From NCBI GenBank assembly GCA_016208255.1, contig JACQYK010000175.1, forward strand, positions 3,944 through 67,943: a stretch of DNA of 64,000 bases, in the 5' to 3' direction. Shown one piece after another: positions 1 to 9,402 of this stretch (the stretch's first letter is position 1; every line of letters starts with the position of its first letter). Both the position numbers and the translations under genes were made by a program. This stretch comes from Deltaproteobacteria bacterium. GTDB lineage: Bacteria > Desulfobacterota > RBG-13-43-22. The notes beneath the pieces were generated by a model that saw only the letters and a program-made list of their open reading frames with translations, searched no databases and was not told where the DNA came from.

Positions 1-2
1 GC

Positions 3-287
3 GGACACCAGGTCCTGGCCGGGGTGGGTTATGAGGTGGACCGGGGGCTTCTGCCCCTCTTTTCCAGAAGGGGGAAGACCAAGCAGCTCTATCTGGGTGA
101 TTCCGATTTTTATCTGGAAAAACTGATGCAGGACGTTGAAAAATGGCCCGCACCCGAAAAATTCAGAGGAAAAGCCCTGGGTATTTTTGACATCCCCAGG
201 GAGAAACAGATACCCTACTGGCAGCCCTGGAGGGAACGCTGGGAAGCCATTGAGAAGAGGAAAAAAGAAAGAAAAAAGAAAAAATAA
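3..287 (+). CDS. C-terminal end of an unidentified protein entering from the left edge (Lys-rich tail)
   Basis: The frame is open from nt 3 (GHQVLAGVGYEVDRG...) to TAA at 285-287. ORF-track entry 24..287 is its tail. No family recognised. Confidence 0.4.
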   Translation, partial: GHQVLAGVGYEVDRGLLPLFSRRGKTKQLYLGDSDFYLEKLMQDVEKWPAPEKFRGKALGIFDIPREKQIPYWQPWRERWEAIEKRKKERKKKK

Positions 288-307
288 GGTTCAAGCGAAT
301 CGAAGAA

Positions 308-331
308 GCCGGGTCCTCTGGACCCGGCTTT
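308..331 (+). terminator. Candidate hairpin terminator
   Basis: GCCGGGTCC-tct-GGACCCGGC followed by TTT, 20 nt after the stop of the edge ORF. The T-tract is short. Confidence 0.45.
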
Positions 332-599
332 CCACCTCAATATCTGCTGATTATCCCTCCCAAGAAATTCGACGACCACAAATAGAAGCTATCCCCGTTT
401 GGGAAGAAAGGATGGAAATAAATAACAGAGGTTGACTTTAACCATTTGTTATGGTTAATATTATAAAAATTTGATTTTGGCTTTAATGATTCCGGCAACC
501 CATAACCGAAAGGCTGGTCCATGAAGTAGTTCGACAAGGCATTCTTATTAAAAAGAAGGGCCTGTCCTCCCATTTTCATGTTTTATCTGAAGGTTCTTA

Positions 600-3284
600 A
601 TGACTGAAAATGAATGGAAAACCAGAAAAGAGAGAATCGATAAAAAGCTAAAAGCCCTCAGTCCTGCCTGGAAAATCATCAAATATTTCAATGAACTGGA
701 TACTAAGGGCCTCAACGGATACGCTGTCGAAGAATTTCCTACCGCCAACGGTCCGGCCGATTACGCCCTTTTTGTGAAGGGGATGTGTCTTGGTATCATA
801 GAGGCAAAAAAGGTCGGCGTTGGTCCATACAATGTACTCGAACAGGCCAAGCGGTACGCCAGAGGGGTCTTCCAGGGTATCGGAAATTGGGACGGGTATC
901 GGGTTCCCTTTCTATACGCCACGAATGGAGAGGTGATCTGGCACATTGATGTCAGGGATGAGAAAAACCTATCCCGCCAAATATTCCATTTCCATACCGC
1001 CGAGGCCCTCAAAGAATTCCTGGAGAACGACGGCGCCAACCTATACGTTCTTCTGAGAGATACCCCCATCGACATCGAGGGGATACGACCATATCAGAAA
1101 AAGGCCATCGAGGCCATCGAAACGGCCATCAGCCAAGGCAAGCGGGCCATGCTCGTGGCCATGGCCACCGGAACGGGCAAGACCTTTCTCACCGTCTCTC
1201 AAATCTATCGTCTCCTCCAGGCCAAATGCGCCAGACGGGTTCTTTTTTTGGTCGATCGCCGGGCACTGGCAGCCCAGGCGGTTCGAGAGTTCGCTTCCTT
1301 CAATACCCCTGGAGGGCATAAGTTCGATCAGGAATATGAGGTCTACAGCCAGCGCTTCCGACGTGAAGATTTTGATGAAGACCAACCTTTCGATCCCAAG
1401 GTGCTGCCCAATGCCTATCTGACTGCTCCGCAGGCCTCCCATACCTTTGTCTACGTCTCCACCATCCAGCGGATGGCCATCAATCTCTTTGGGTTTGAAT
1501 CCGCTTTTTCTCAAAGCCGGAGTGATCCCGATTATGAAGACGAGGCGGATAAACTGGACATCCCCATTCATGCTTTTGATCTGATTATCGCCGATGAATG
1601 TCACCGCGGATACACGGCCAGGGATGATGCCGTCTGGCGAGGTGTTATGAATCATTTCGACGCCGTGAAAATCGGCCTAACGGCCACCCCGGCCCTCCAC
1701 ACTCTGTCTCTTTTCAATGAAGTAATCTACCGTTACTCAATGGAAGAGGCCGTGCTTGACGGCTGGCTGGTGGATTATGAGGCGGTAAAGATCAGGTCCG
1801 ACGTGCGTATGCAAGGGGCCTTCCTCAAAGAGGGTGAGCAGGTGGGTTTCATCGACACGGAGACGGGAAAGGAGACTTTCGACCATCTCGAGGATGAGCG
1901 ACAGTTTGGCACGGAAGAAATCGAGGTAAAAATTACTTCCCCGGACAGCAACCGCAAGATTATCAAAGAGCTTGCCCGATATGCTTTTGCTCACGAAAAG
2001 GAAAACGGCCGTTTCCCTAAAACCCTCATCTTTGCCGCCAACGACCTGCCCCACACCTCTCATGCCGACCAAATCGTTCGAATCTGCCGGCAGGAATTCG
2101 GTCAGGGTGACAGTTTTGTTCAGAAAATCACCGGAAGTCCCACGGTGGACAGACCCCTTCAGAAGATACGGGAGTTCAGGAACAGGCCGAATCCCAAAAT
2201 CGTGGTGACTGTTGATATGCTCTCCACCGGTGTCGATATTCCTGCTCTGGAATTCATCGTTTTCCTGCGCCCTGTCAAATCAAGGATCCTTTGGGTGCAG
2301 ATGCTCGGCCGGGGTACGAGAAAATGCGACCTCATCAATAAAGAGAAATTTGTCATCTTCGATTGTTTCGACGGCACATTGATTGAGTATTTCAAGAACA
2401 CTACCGATTTTGACGTCCAGGTATCCAGCCAAGAACCTCTGCCTATCGATCAGGTCATTGAAAACATCTATCAGAACATCGACCGGGACTACTATACCAA
2501 GGTCCTGGTTAAGCGGCTTCACCGCATTGACCGCACCATGAGCGGTCAGGCCCACGAGCAATTCAGAGCTTTCATCCCTGAGGGTGACCTCGGTAAATTT
2601 GCCAAAGAATTGCCGGAAAAGATCAAGAACGATTTTACCAATACTCTGGCCCTTCTTCGTCAGAAAGACTTTCAGGACCTCTTGGTCAATTATGAACGGG
2701 CTAAAAGGACCTTTGTTGTGGGATATGAGGTTGAGGATACCGTGTCATCGGAGGTCATGATCCGTCTCGGCTCCGACTATCAGAAACCGGAAGATTATCT
2801 GGAGGCCTTTGCCCGTTTCGTCAAAGAAAATCCGGAGCAGATCGAGGCCATCAAAATCCTCATGGAAAGGCCGAAACAGTGGAACGCCAAGGCGCTTACC
2901 GAGTTGAGGGCGAAATTAAATCTCAATAAATTTCCTGAGAAGGAGCTACAAAAGGCCCATCAACTGGTTTATAAAAAGGCCCTGGCCGACATCATCTCTA
3001 TGGTAAAACACGCCGCCAGGGAGGAAGAGCCGATTACCTCGGCCCAGGAGCGGGTTGACCGGGCCGTGGCCAAAGTTACAGCAGGGGTTCCCATGACCGA
3101 CGAACAACAAAAATGGCTGGAATATATTCGAAATCATCTTATTGAGAACTTGACCATCGACCTTAATGATTTTGACACCCTGCCTGTCTTTGAACGGCAT
3201 GGTGGACGTAACCGGGCCAATACGGTTTTTAATAATGAATTGGAAAGATGGATAAACGACATCAACTATGCGGTGGCCGCATAG
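600..3284 (+). CDS. hsdR: Type I restriction enzyme R subunit (HsdR)
   Basis: 894 aa. HsdR-type N-terminus (MTENEWKTRKERIDKKL), Walker A MATGTGKT, DEAH-type IIADECHRG and helicase motif VI QMLGRGTR. The C-terminal ~150 aa look like the EcoEI-type R C-terminal domain (from memory). It is the first gene of an R-M-S operon. Confidence 0.93.
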   Translation: MTENEWKTRKERIDKKLKALSPAWKIIKYFNELDTKGLNGYAVEEFPTANGPADYALFVKGMCLGIIEAKKVGVGPYNVLEQAKRYARGVFQGIGNWDGYRVPFLYATNGEVIWHIDVRDEKNLSRQIFHFHTAEALKEFLENDGANLYVLLRDTPIDIEGIRPYQKKAIEAIETAISQGKRAMLVAMATGTGKTFLTVSQIYRLLQAKCARRVLFLVDRRALAAQAVREFASFNTPGGHKFDQEYEVYSQRFRREDFDEDQPFDPKVLPNAYLTAPQASHTFVYVSTIQRMAINLFGFESAFSQSRSDPDYEDEADKLDIPIHAFDLIIADECHRGYTARDDAVWRGVMNHFDAVKIGLTATPALHTLSLFNEVIYRYSMEEAVLDGWLVDYEAVKIRSDVRMQGAFLKEGEQVGFIDTETGKETFDHLEDERQFGTEEIEVKITSPDSNRKIIKELARYAFAHEKENGRFPKTLIFAANDLPHTSHADQIVRICRQEFGQGDSFVQKITGSPTVDRPLQKIREFRNRPNPKIVVTVDMLSTGVDIPALEFIVFLRPVKSRILWVQMLGRGTRKCDLINKEKFVIFDCFDGTLIEYFKNTTDFDVQVSSQEPLPIDQVIENIYQNIDRDYYTKVLVKRLHRIDRTMSGQAHEQFRAFIPEGDLGKFAKELPEKIKNDFTNTLALLRQKDFQDLLVNYERAKRTFVVGYEVEDTVSSEVMIRLGSDYQKPEDYLEAFARFVKENPEQIEAIKILMERPKQWNAKALTELRAKLNLNKFPEKELQKAHQLVYKKALADIISMVKHAAREEEPITSAQERVDRAVAKVTAGVPMTDEQQKWLEYIRNHLIENLTIDLNDFDTLPVFERHGGRNRANTVFNNELERWINDINYAVAA

Positions 3285-3296
3285 AAAGGACCGGTC

Positions 3297-4712
3297 TTGA
3301 CGGATATTGTCAATAAACTCTGGGGATTTTGTCACACTCTACGGCATGACGGCGTGGATTACGGCGATTACATCGAACAGCTTACCTATCTGCTTTTTCT
3401 TAAAATGGCCGACGAAAAAGGGATCACCATCCCTAAGGGTTGTACCTGGGAGGCCTTGAAGAAAGAGTCCGGCCCGGCCCTGATCGATCTCTATTCGGAG
3501 ATACTGCGCAAATTGCGTGATGAAAAGGGCCTGCTCGGCGACATCTTTACCCAGTCAGTGCCCCGCTTTAATAATCCCGTAAATCTAAAACGTCTCATTA
3601 CCATGATCGATGAAGAAGAATGGTCGGCCCTTGATGTCGATGTCAAAGGGGCGGCCTTTGAAGGGCTATTGGAAAAAGCGGCCAGCGAAGGGAAAAAGGG
3701 CGCCGGGCAATACTTCGCCCCCAGGGTCCTGATCAAGTCCATTGTCCGGGTCATGAGGCCCGATCCCCGGACAAACGCGGAATTTACCATCTGCGATCCG
3801 GCCTGCGGCACCGGAGGCTTTCTGATGTGCGCCTATGAGTGGCTGATGGAGATCACCGGCGGGGCCATCGAACGGGATATTGCCAAACGGGTAAAGACCA
3901 AAACCTATTATGGACAGGAACTGGTGCCCCGCCCCAGACGTCTTTCCCTGATGAATCTCTTTCTCCACGGTCTGGAACCCCATATTTATTTGGGCGATGC
4001 CATCTATGAACCCTACCGGGGAAAACTGCATAGTTGCGTCCTGACCAATCCACCCTTCGGCACCAAGGGGGCCAATCAAGCCCCGGAGCGGGATGACTTT
4101 ACCATTGCCACCAGCAACAAACAGCTCAATTTCGTCCAGCACGTCATGAATATCCTCAAGGAAGGAGGCCGGGCGGCCATTGTCCTGCCTGACAACTGTC
4201 TCTTTGAAGACAAAGCGGCCGAGGTCTTTGAAATCCTTATGCAGGACTGCAACCTCCACACGATCCTCCGCCTGCCCAGAGGGACCTTCACCCCCTACAG
4301 CCCCGGCGTGAAAGCCAATGTCATCTTTTTCCAGAAAGGCATGAAAACCGAACAGGTCTGGATATTCGATGCCCGCTCCAATGTGCCGGGCATCACCAAG
4401 AAGGAACGCCCCCTAGGACCCGAACATTTTACCGAATTCGAGGCCGCCTACGGCAAAGACCCCAACGGGCAAAGCAAAAGAAAGGATACCGGCGAACAGG
4501 GCCGGTTCAGACGATTTCATATCAAAGACATCAAAGACCGCTCCTACAAGCTCGACATCACCTGGCTCAGAGACGAATCCCTCGAAGACGCCAATGACTT
4601 GCCCGAGCCGCAGGATTTAGCCGCTGAGGCGATTACGGAATTGGAAGCGGTGGTAGATAGTCTGAGGGATATTGTAGAGTTGCTGGAGAAGGAAGAAGGT
4701 GTGGAGGAGTGA
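3297..4712 (+). CDS. hsdM: Type I R-M N6-adenine DNA methyltransferase (HsdM)
   Basis: 471 aa with a TTG start 12 nt after hsdR. HsdM N-domain (LWGFCHTLRHDG...YLLFLKM), motif I DPACGTGGF and motif IV LTNPPFG. Confidence 0.95.
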   Translation: MTDIVNKLWGFCHTLRHDGVDYGDYIEQLTYLLFLKMADEKGITIPKGCTWEALKKESGPALIDLYSEILRKLRDEKGLLGDIFTQSVPRFNNPVNLKRLITMIDEEEWSALDVDVKGAAFEGLLEKAASEGKKGAGQYFAPRVLIKSIVRVMRPDPRTNAEFTICDPACGTGGFLMCAYEWLMEITGGAIERDIAKRVKTKTYYGQELVPRPRRLSLMNLFLHGLEPHIYLGDAIYEPYRGKLHSCVLTNPPFGTKGANQAPERDDFTIATSNKQLNFVQHVMNILKEGGRAAIVLPDNCLFEDKAAEVFEILMQDCNLHTILRLPRGTFTPYSPGVKANVIFFQKGMKTEQVWIFDARSNVPGITKKERPLGPEHFTEFEAAYGKDPNGQSKRKDTGEQGRFRRFHIKDIKDRSYKLDITWLRDESLEDANDLPEPQDLAAEAITELEAVVDSLRDIVELLEKEEGVEE

Positions 4713-6142
4713 GAGAAGAGTTGCCACGAGGATGGAGTATGGCAGAATTAGAGAGCGTTGCCGAACTTGTCAGCGGGGCTGGTTTTCCTTTGAACCTCCA
4801 AAGCCAGACAGGATTTACTTTCCCGTTTTTTAAAGTTGGAAATTTGAAGGATGTAGCTTCAGGAAAACCTTTAGTCTCTTCCGAACACACGATTTCTGAA
4901 AGAGCCGCCTACTCGCTCCGGGCTAGGATTATCCCAGAGGAAGCCACTGTGTTTGCAAAAATCGGCATGGCTATAAGCTTAAACCGAAGACGTCTGATTG
5001 GAAGGCCTGCTTGTATTGATAACAACATGATGGCTGCTATACCAAACGAGGCTATACATCCCAGTTATCTCTTACGCTTTCTTGAGACGGTTGATTTTAT
5101 GCCTTTAACTCAAGCTACAACAGTTCCGAGTCTTCGGAAGGGCAATATAGCAAAGATTCTGGTTCCACTGGCACCTTTGGAGGAACAGCGCCGTATCGTG
5201 GTAAAGCTGGAAAAACTTTTGGAGAAAGTCGAATCCAGCCGGACACGTCTTGAAAAGATTCCCGTCGTCCTCAAACGCTTTCGCCAATCCGTCCTCGCCG
5301 CCGCCTGCTCTGGCCGTCTCACTGCCGATTGGAGGGAGCAATCAAAACAATCAATCGAACATATCATCAGAGATAACAATACTGCCCTGCCTGAAATTCC
5401 CGAAAGTTGGCGATGGGTAAAACTTCCGGATACAGGGGAAATGAGTCGTGGAAAGTCGCGGCATAGACCAAGAAATGAGCCTTCATTATTTGATGGACAA
5501 TACCCTTTCATCCAAACTGGTGATATTGCCCAGTCAGGGGGTAGAATTACCTCCCATAAGCAAACTTATAATGAGGCAGGTCTTGCCCAGAGCCGTCTTT
5601 GGCCAGCTAACACCATTTGCATCACGATCGCTGCGAACATTGCTGAGTCGGCCATTTTGACCTATCCAGCATGTTTTCCCGACAGCATTGTCGGGATCAT
5701 TGCAAATTCTGTGGTCTGTTTGGCAGAGTATGTTGAATTTTTCATCCGGGTAGCGAAAACAGATCTATCGACATTTGCCCCTGCGACGGCCCAGAAGAAC
5801 ATCAATATTGCCATTTTAAATGAGGTGGCTGTCCCTCTCCCCCCTCTAATAGAACAACATGAAATCGTCCGCCGTGTGGAAGAACTCTTTGCCCTTGCCG
5901 ACCAGATCGAAGCCCGTTACCAGAAAGCAAAAGCCCATGTGGACAAACTCACCCAATCCATCCTGGCCAAAGCCTTCCGTGGCGAACTCGTCCCCCAAGA
6001 CCCAAACGATACACCTGCGATAATTTTGTTGAGTGAAATTGATATTGGCAAGAAATACTTTAAAAACACCCTTCTCAAAAGATCAAAGATGAGAGAAAAA
6101 CATAAAATAAAAACTAGAGAGGGAACACATGGAGGCGAATGA
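4709..6142 (+). CDS. hsdS: Type I R-M specificity subunit (HsdS)
   Basis: 477 aa with a GTG start overlapping the hsdM stop (GTGA). Two variable target-recognition regions are separated by conserved repeats (LAPLEEQRRIVVKLEKLL and LPPLIEQHEIVRRVEELFALADQIE). Confidence 0.9.
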   Translation: MREELPRGWSMAELESVAELVSGAGFPLNLQSQTGFTFPFFKVGNLKDVASGKPLVSSEHTISERAAYSLRARIIPEEATVFAKIGMAISLNRRRLIGRPACIDNNMMAAIPNEAIHPSYLLRFLETVDFMPLTQATTVPSLRKGNIAKILVPLAPLEEQRRIVVKLEKLLEKVESSRTRLEKIPVVLKRFRQSVLAAACSGRLTADWREQSKQSIEHIIRDNNTALPEIPESWRWVKLPDTGEMSRGKSRHRPRNEPSLFDGQYPFIQTGDIAQSGGRITSHKQTYNEAGLAQSRLWPANTICITIAANIAESAILTYPACFPDSIVGIIANSVVCLAEYVEFFIRVAKTDLSTFAPATAQKNINIAILNEVAVPLPPLIEQHEIVRRVEELFALADQIEARYQKAKAHVDKLTQSILAKAFRGELVPQDPNDTPAIILLSEIDIGKKYFKNTLLKRSKMREKHKIKTREGTHGGE

Positions 6143-7016
6143 TAATCTTGAAATTAAATTCAGGCTGGAGGGTCCGATTTTCCAAACTGGTATTCCTTTA
6201 TTAGAGACAATCGTAGCCTTACAAGAATTTCATTTTATTATTGATAAAGCATACTCTGCGAATTTTAATATCGCAAAATTAACAAAGAAAGAGAGACAAC
6301 ATTATAGCATTATTGCACAGAATTTTCAGAAAGGATCATTTGAGGCCGATTTGATGTTCGTCATCGCATCTGGCACTCAATTGCTTCTCCCAAGCATTCA
6401 AGCATTTGGCCCGAAAGAACTGTGGGATCTCGTTAAAGCATCGTTCTCCTTTTTGAAAGCAATTATTACCGCAAGGAATTCAGAGACCGAACCCACTGTC
6501 AATATTGAAGGACACGGCAACCATGTCTATATTATGAACGATAATGTGATTAAAATAAGCCAACATGTTTATAATGCTGCAGACTTGTCAGAACCGCATT
6601 ATAAGAAGCTTACTTCTGTTATTGAAAAAAATAAAATTGATTCTATCACTGGAATGGATTCGTCTGGAGAAGGGATTGAACTGACCGAGAACGAGAAAAA
6701 ACTATTTAACCCTAAGGTTACGGTGGAAAAAGAAGTTCTTAAAGTTCGATGCAGTGTCTTTCGATTCGACAAAGAAGCAAACATCGGTAAATTGCGGGTT
6801 TCTCCGGGAGAACCAGTTCCACCGGGCGAATATAATTTCAAACCTATTGCATCGGGAGATTATAGAAAATTTATAGTTGCGATGATGCATTCCTCGGTAA
6901 CATTAAACATATTGAAAGAAATTGAAGTGCATACCTCAGGCTTAAAACGTATCTCATCTTTACATGTGGTCTCATTTGAAGATTTTCAGCAAGAATCCCT
7001 ATTTTCATTGACATGA
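6129..7016 (+). CDS. Hypothetical protein, 295 aa, coupled to hsdS
   Basis: The ATG at 6129 lies inside the last 14 nt of hsdS, with a purine-rich AGAGAGGG upstream. It is a long uninterrupted ORF that is visibly AT-rich relative to hsdR/hsdM. I recognise no motif. Confidence 0.6.
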   Translation: MEANDNLEIKFRLEGPIFQTGIPLLETIVALQEFHFIIDKAYSANFNIAKLTKKERQHYSIIAQNFQKGSFEADLMFVIASGTQLLLPSIQAFGPKELWDLVKASFSFLKAIITARNSETEPTVNIEGHGNHVYIMNDNVIKISQHVYNAADLSEPHYKKLTSVIEKNKIDSITGMDSSGEGIELTENEKKLFNPKVTVEKEVLKVRCSVFRFDKEANIGKLRVSPGEPVPPGEYNFKPIASGDYRKFIVAMMHSSVTLNILKEIEVHTSGLKRISSLHVVSFEDFQQESLFSLT

Positions 7017-7070
7017 TTATTAAAGGCGGACTATAGGCAGCCCAGAATTTCAGCCGAAAGGAAAAAGGGA

Positions 7071-7099
7071 TAGATATAGTATACTCCGTGTGCTATAAT
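7071..7099 (+). promoter_or_regulatory. Candidate sigma70 promoter/operator of the abiE operon
   Basis: TATAAT at 7094-7099 with a weak -35 (TAGATA, 7071-7076) at 17-nt spacing. The perfect palindrome AGTATACT lies between them. AbiEi proteins are known autorepressors. Confidence 0.35.
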
Positions 7100-7137
7100 T
7101 CCATCCAGATTGGAACTACTGCGCAAAGGATGTACCA

Positions 7138-7947
7138 ATGAAGTCCGTTTCGGGGTTAGGAAAAGAGTCGAGAAAACAATTAACGAAGGTACTACGCGGA
7201 ACGACCGGAACGATATCGGTCGCCCAAGCTGCGAGTATTCTTAATCTCCCTTCGATCAAAGCCGCAAAACTTCTTTGGGGATGGAATGAACAGGGTTGGG
7301 TCTCCCGCGTTATGCGAGGAGTATACGTTCCTGTTCCACTCAATGCTGAATCCCCTGACGTGTCCCTCGAAGACCCTTGGATTATTGCCGAAAAATTATT
7401 CTCACCTTGTTATATCGGAGGGTGGAGCGCCGCTGAACATTGGGGTCTTACCGAGCAAATTTTTCGGACAGTAGTTGTTTTGACAACTCGGAAACCAAGA
7501 AACCGCAGTCCTAAAATCAAGGGAACCGATTTTTTGTTGCGAACCATATCGCCTAAGGCTATGTTCGGCCTCAACCCGGTCTGGAGAGGACAGGTTAAGG
7601 TAGCTGTATCCGATCCGGCACGAACGATTGTTGATATGTTGGATAACCCTCAGCTCGGGGGAGGTATGCGTACAGTTGTCGATATCCTTCGGAACTACCT
7701 GAAGTCTGAGACCGAGGATTCTGCGCGTCTGATTGGATACGCCAAACGATTGGGCAATAGCGCTGTCTTTAAGCGCCTTGGTTTTCTCCTGGAATCTGTC
7801 GCACCGGAAGAGGCGGAAGCCATTAAAACCTGCCTTCTCAACATGAAAACAGGAAAAGTCAAGTTTGACCCAGACCTTCAATCCGAAAGATTGGTCACCC
7901 GATGGAAGTTGTGGGTTCCAAAGAATTGGAAGCAGGCTAAGAAATAG
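7138..7947 (+). CDS. abiEi: AbiEi-family antitoxin/transcriptional regulator (type IV TA)
   Basis: 269 aa. N-terminal wHTH-like segment (ISVAQAASILNLPSIKAAKLLWGWNEQGWVSRVMRGVY) and GGWSAAEHWGLTEQ, typical of the AbiEi_4 type. It sits directly upstream of a DUF1814 NTase. Confidence 0.85.
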   Translation: MKSVSGLGKESRKQLTKVLRGTTGTISVAQAASILNLPSIKAAKLLWGWNEQGWVSRVMRGVYVPVPLNAESPDVSLEDPWIIAEKLFSPCYIGGWSAAEHWGLTEQIFRTVVVLTTRKPRNRSPKIKGTDFLLRTISPKAMFGLNPVWRGQVKVAVSDPARTIVDMLDNPQLGGGMRTVVDILRNYLKSETEDSARLIGYAKRLGNSAVFKRLGFLLESVAPEEAEAIKTCLLNMKTGKVKFDPDLQSERLVTRWKLWVPKNWKQAKK

Positions 7948-7959
7948 AGGATATTTTCG

Positions 7960-9390
7960 TTGATCAGCCGTCAAGAAATAATGGATTTTTCGAGAGAGTT
8001 CGGACTTGCGCCGAATGTGATCGAAAAGGACTATGCCCTCGGATGGGTGCTTGCCGGAATTGCAAATACCGAAGGACTTGGTACTGTCTGGGTTTTTAAA
8101 GGCGGGACCGCTCTCAAGAAATGTTTCTTTGAAACCTATCGATTCTCGGAGGACCTGGATTTTACAGTCACTGAGGAAAAGTATCTGGACCCAGACTCTC
8201 TGACCGAGATATTTCGCAAGATTGGTGATTGGGTATACGAACAGGCAGGCCTTGAGATTCCTAGAGATACAATTCGCTTTGAAAGCTATACTACCCCACG
8301 GGGAAAAACCTCTGTTCAGGGACGCATCGGCTATCGAGGGCCCCTGAAGCCGGGCGGGGATCTGCCTCGTATAAGATTTGACCTAACCAAAGATGAATTG
8401 GTAGTTTTAAATCCGGAGATGAGAGAAGTACACCATCCTCATTCCGATTCACCGACTGATGGTATCCACGTTTTATCCTATTGTTTCGAAGAAGTTTTTG
8501 CCGAGAAGATTCGTGCCTTGGCTGAAAGGGAAAGGCCCCGCGACCTTTATGACGTGATCCATCTCTTCAGACATTCCAATGAAGCGGTGGATAGACCACT
8601 TTTGGTGAAAACGTTGGAGAAGAAGTGCGCATTTAAAGGAATACCTCTGCCTTCCTTTGACACCCTGGCCACCAGTCCTGAGTATAGTGAACTTAAATCG
8701 GAATGGCAAAACATGTTGGCCCATCAATTGCCGGTTTTGCCTCCCTTTGAACAATTTTGGAACGAGCTTCCCGACATGTTTAACTGGCTGTATGGGAAGG
8801 TAGAGAAGGTGGTTCAACCGGTGATTCCGTCCATTGGAATTCCCGGTGATGATCGATGGCGAGCGCCCACTATGGCAACGGCCTGGCACTCCAAAGTGCC
8901 GATTGAAGTCATTCGATATGCCGGGGCGAATCGTCTTTGTGTTGACTTGCAGTATCAAGGAAACAAGAGACTTATTGAGCCCTATTCTTTGCGTCGTTCC
9001 CGCGAAGGGAATTTGCTCCTGTACGCAGCAAAGCATATATCGGGAGAACCAAGAGCATACAGAGTGGATCGTATTGAAGGAGCCGCCGTAACCAATAAAC
9101 CCTTTACTCCTCGTTATACTATTGAATTCTCAGAATCTGGTTCCATTTCCGCACCACCCATTAGCCGAAATCCTGAAATTTATCGCCCAACTAAGACGAG
9201 AAGCCCCTTGACAATTGGTTTTGGAACTAAGCGGCTTGCTTCAGGGTATGGCCCAAAATATATTTTCGAATGTCCAATTTGCGAAAAGAAGTTTACCCAT
9301 AGATCATACGATGCATCACTGCGTCCTCATAAAGATAAGGACGGATATCCATGTGGAGGTCGGCTTGGGATCTACATTGATACGAAATGA
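7960..9390 (+). CDS. abiEii: AbiEii/DUF1814 nucleotidyltransferase toxin with a C-terminal WYL-like domain and Zn-ribbon
   Basis: 476 aa. N-terminus IEKDYALGWVL...FKGGTALKK...RFSEDLDF is the AbiEii hallmark. aa ~313-385 are WYL-like (RLIEPYSLRRSREGNLLLYAAKHISGEPRAYRVDRIEG). aa 434-470 read CPIC...H...CGG. The start may be TTG at 7960 or ATG at 7981. Confidence 0.85.
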   Translation: MISRQEIMDFSREFGLAPNVIEKDYALGWVLAGIANTEGLGTVWVFKGGTALKKCFFETYRFSEDLDFTVTEEKYLDPDSLTEIFRKIGDWVYEQAGLEIPRDTIRFESYTTPRGKTSVQGRIGYRGPLKPGGDLPRIRFDLTKDELVVLNPEMREVHHPHSDSPTDGIHVLSYCFEEVFAEKIRALAERERPRDLYDVIHLFRHSNEAVDRPLLVKTLEKKCAFKGIPLPSFDTLATSPEYSELKSEWQNMLAHQLPVLPPFEQFWNELPDMFNWLYGKVEKVVQPVIPSIGIPGDDRWRAPTMATAWHSKVPIEVIRYAGANRLCVDLQYQGNKRLIEPYSLRRSREGNLLLYAAKHISGEPRAYRVDRIEGAAVTNKPFTPRYTIEFSESGSISAPPISRNPEIYRPTKTRSPLTIGFGTKRLASGYGPKYIFECPICEKKFTHRSYDASLRPHKDKDGYPCGGRLGIYIDTK

Positions 9391-9402
9391 CGAGGAAGAT
9401 AA

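Noticed and set aside
1041-4259. Long antisense or alternative-frame ORFs inside hsdR/hsdM (e.g. 1041..1655, 3666..4259, 2946..3335)
   Set aside because: They lie fully within well-supported genes. Their composition is low-complexity (G/P/R-rich) and they carry no motifs. These are typical shadow ORFs.
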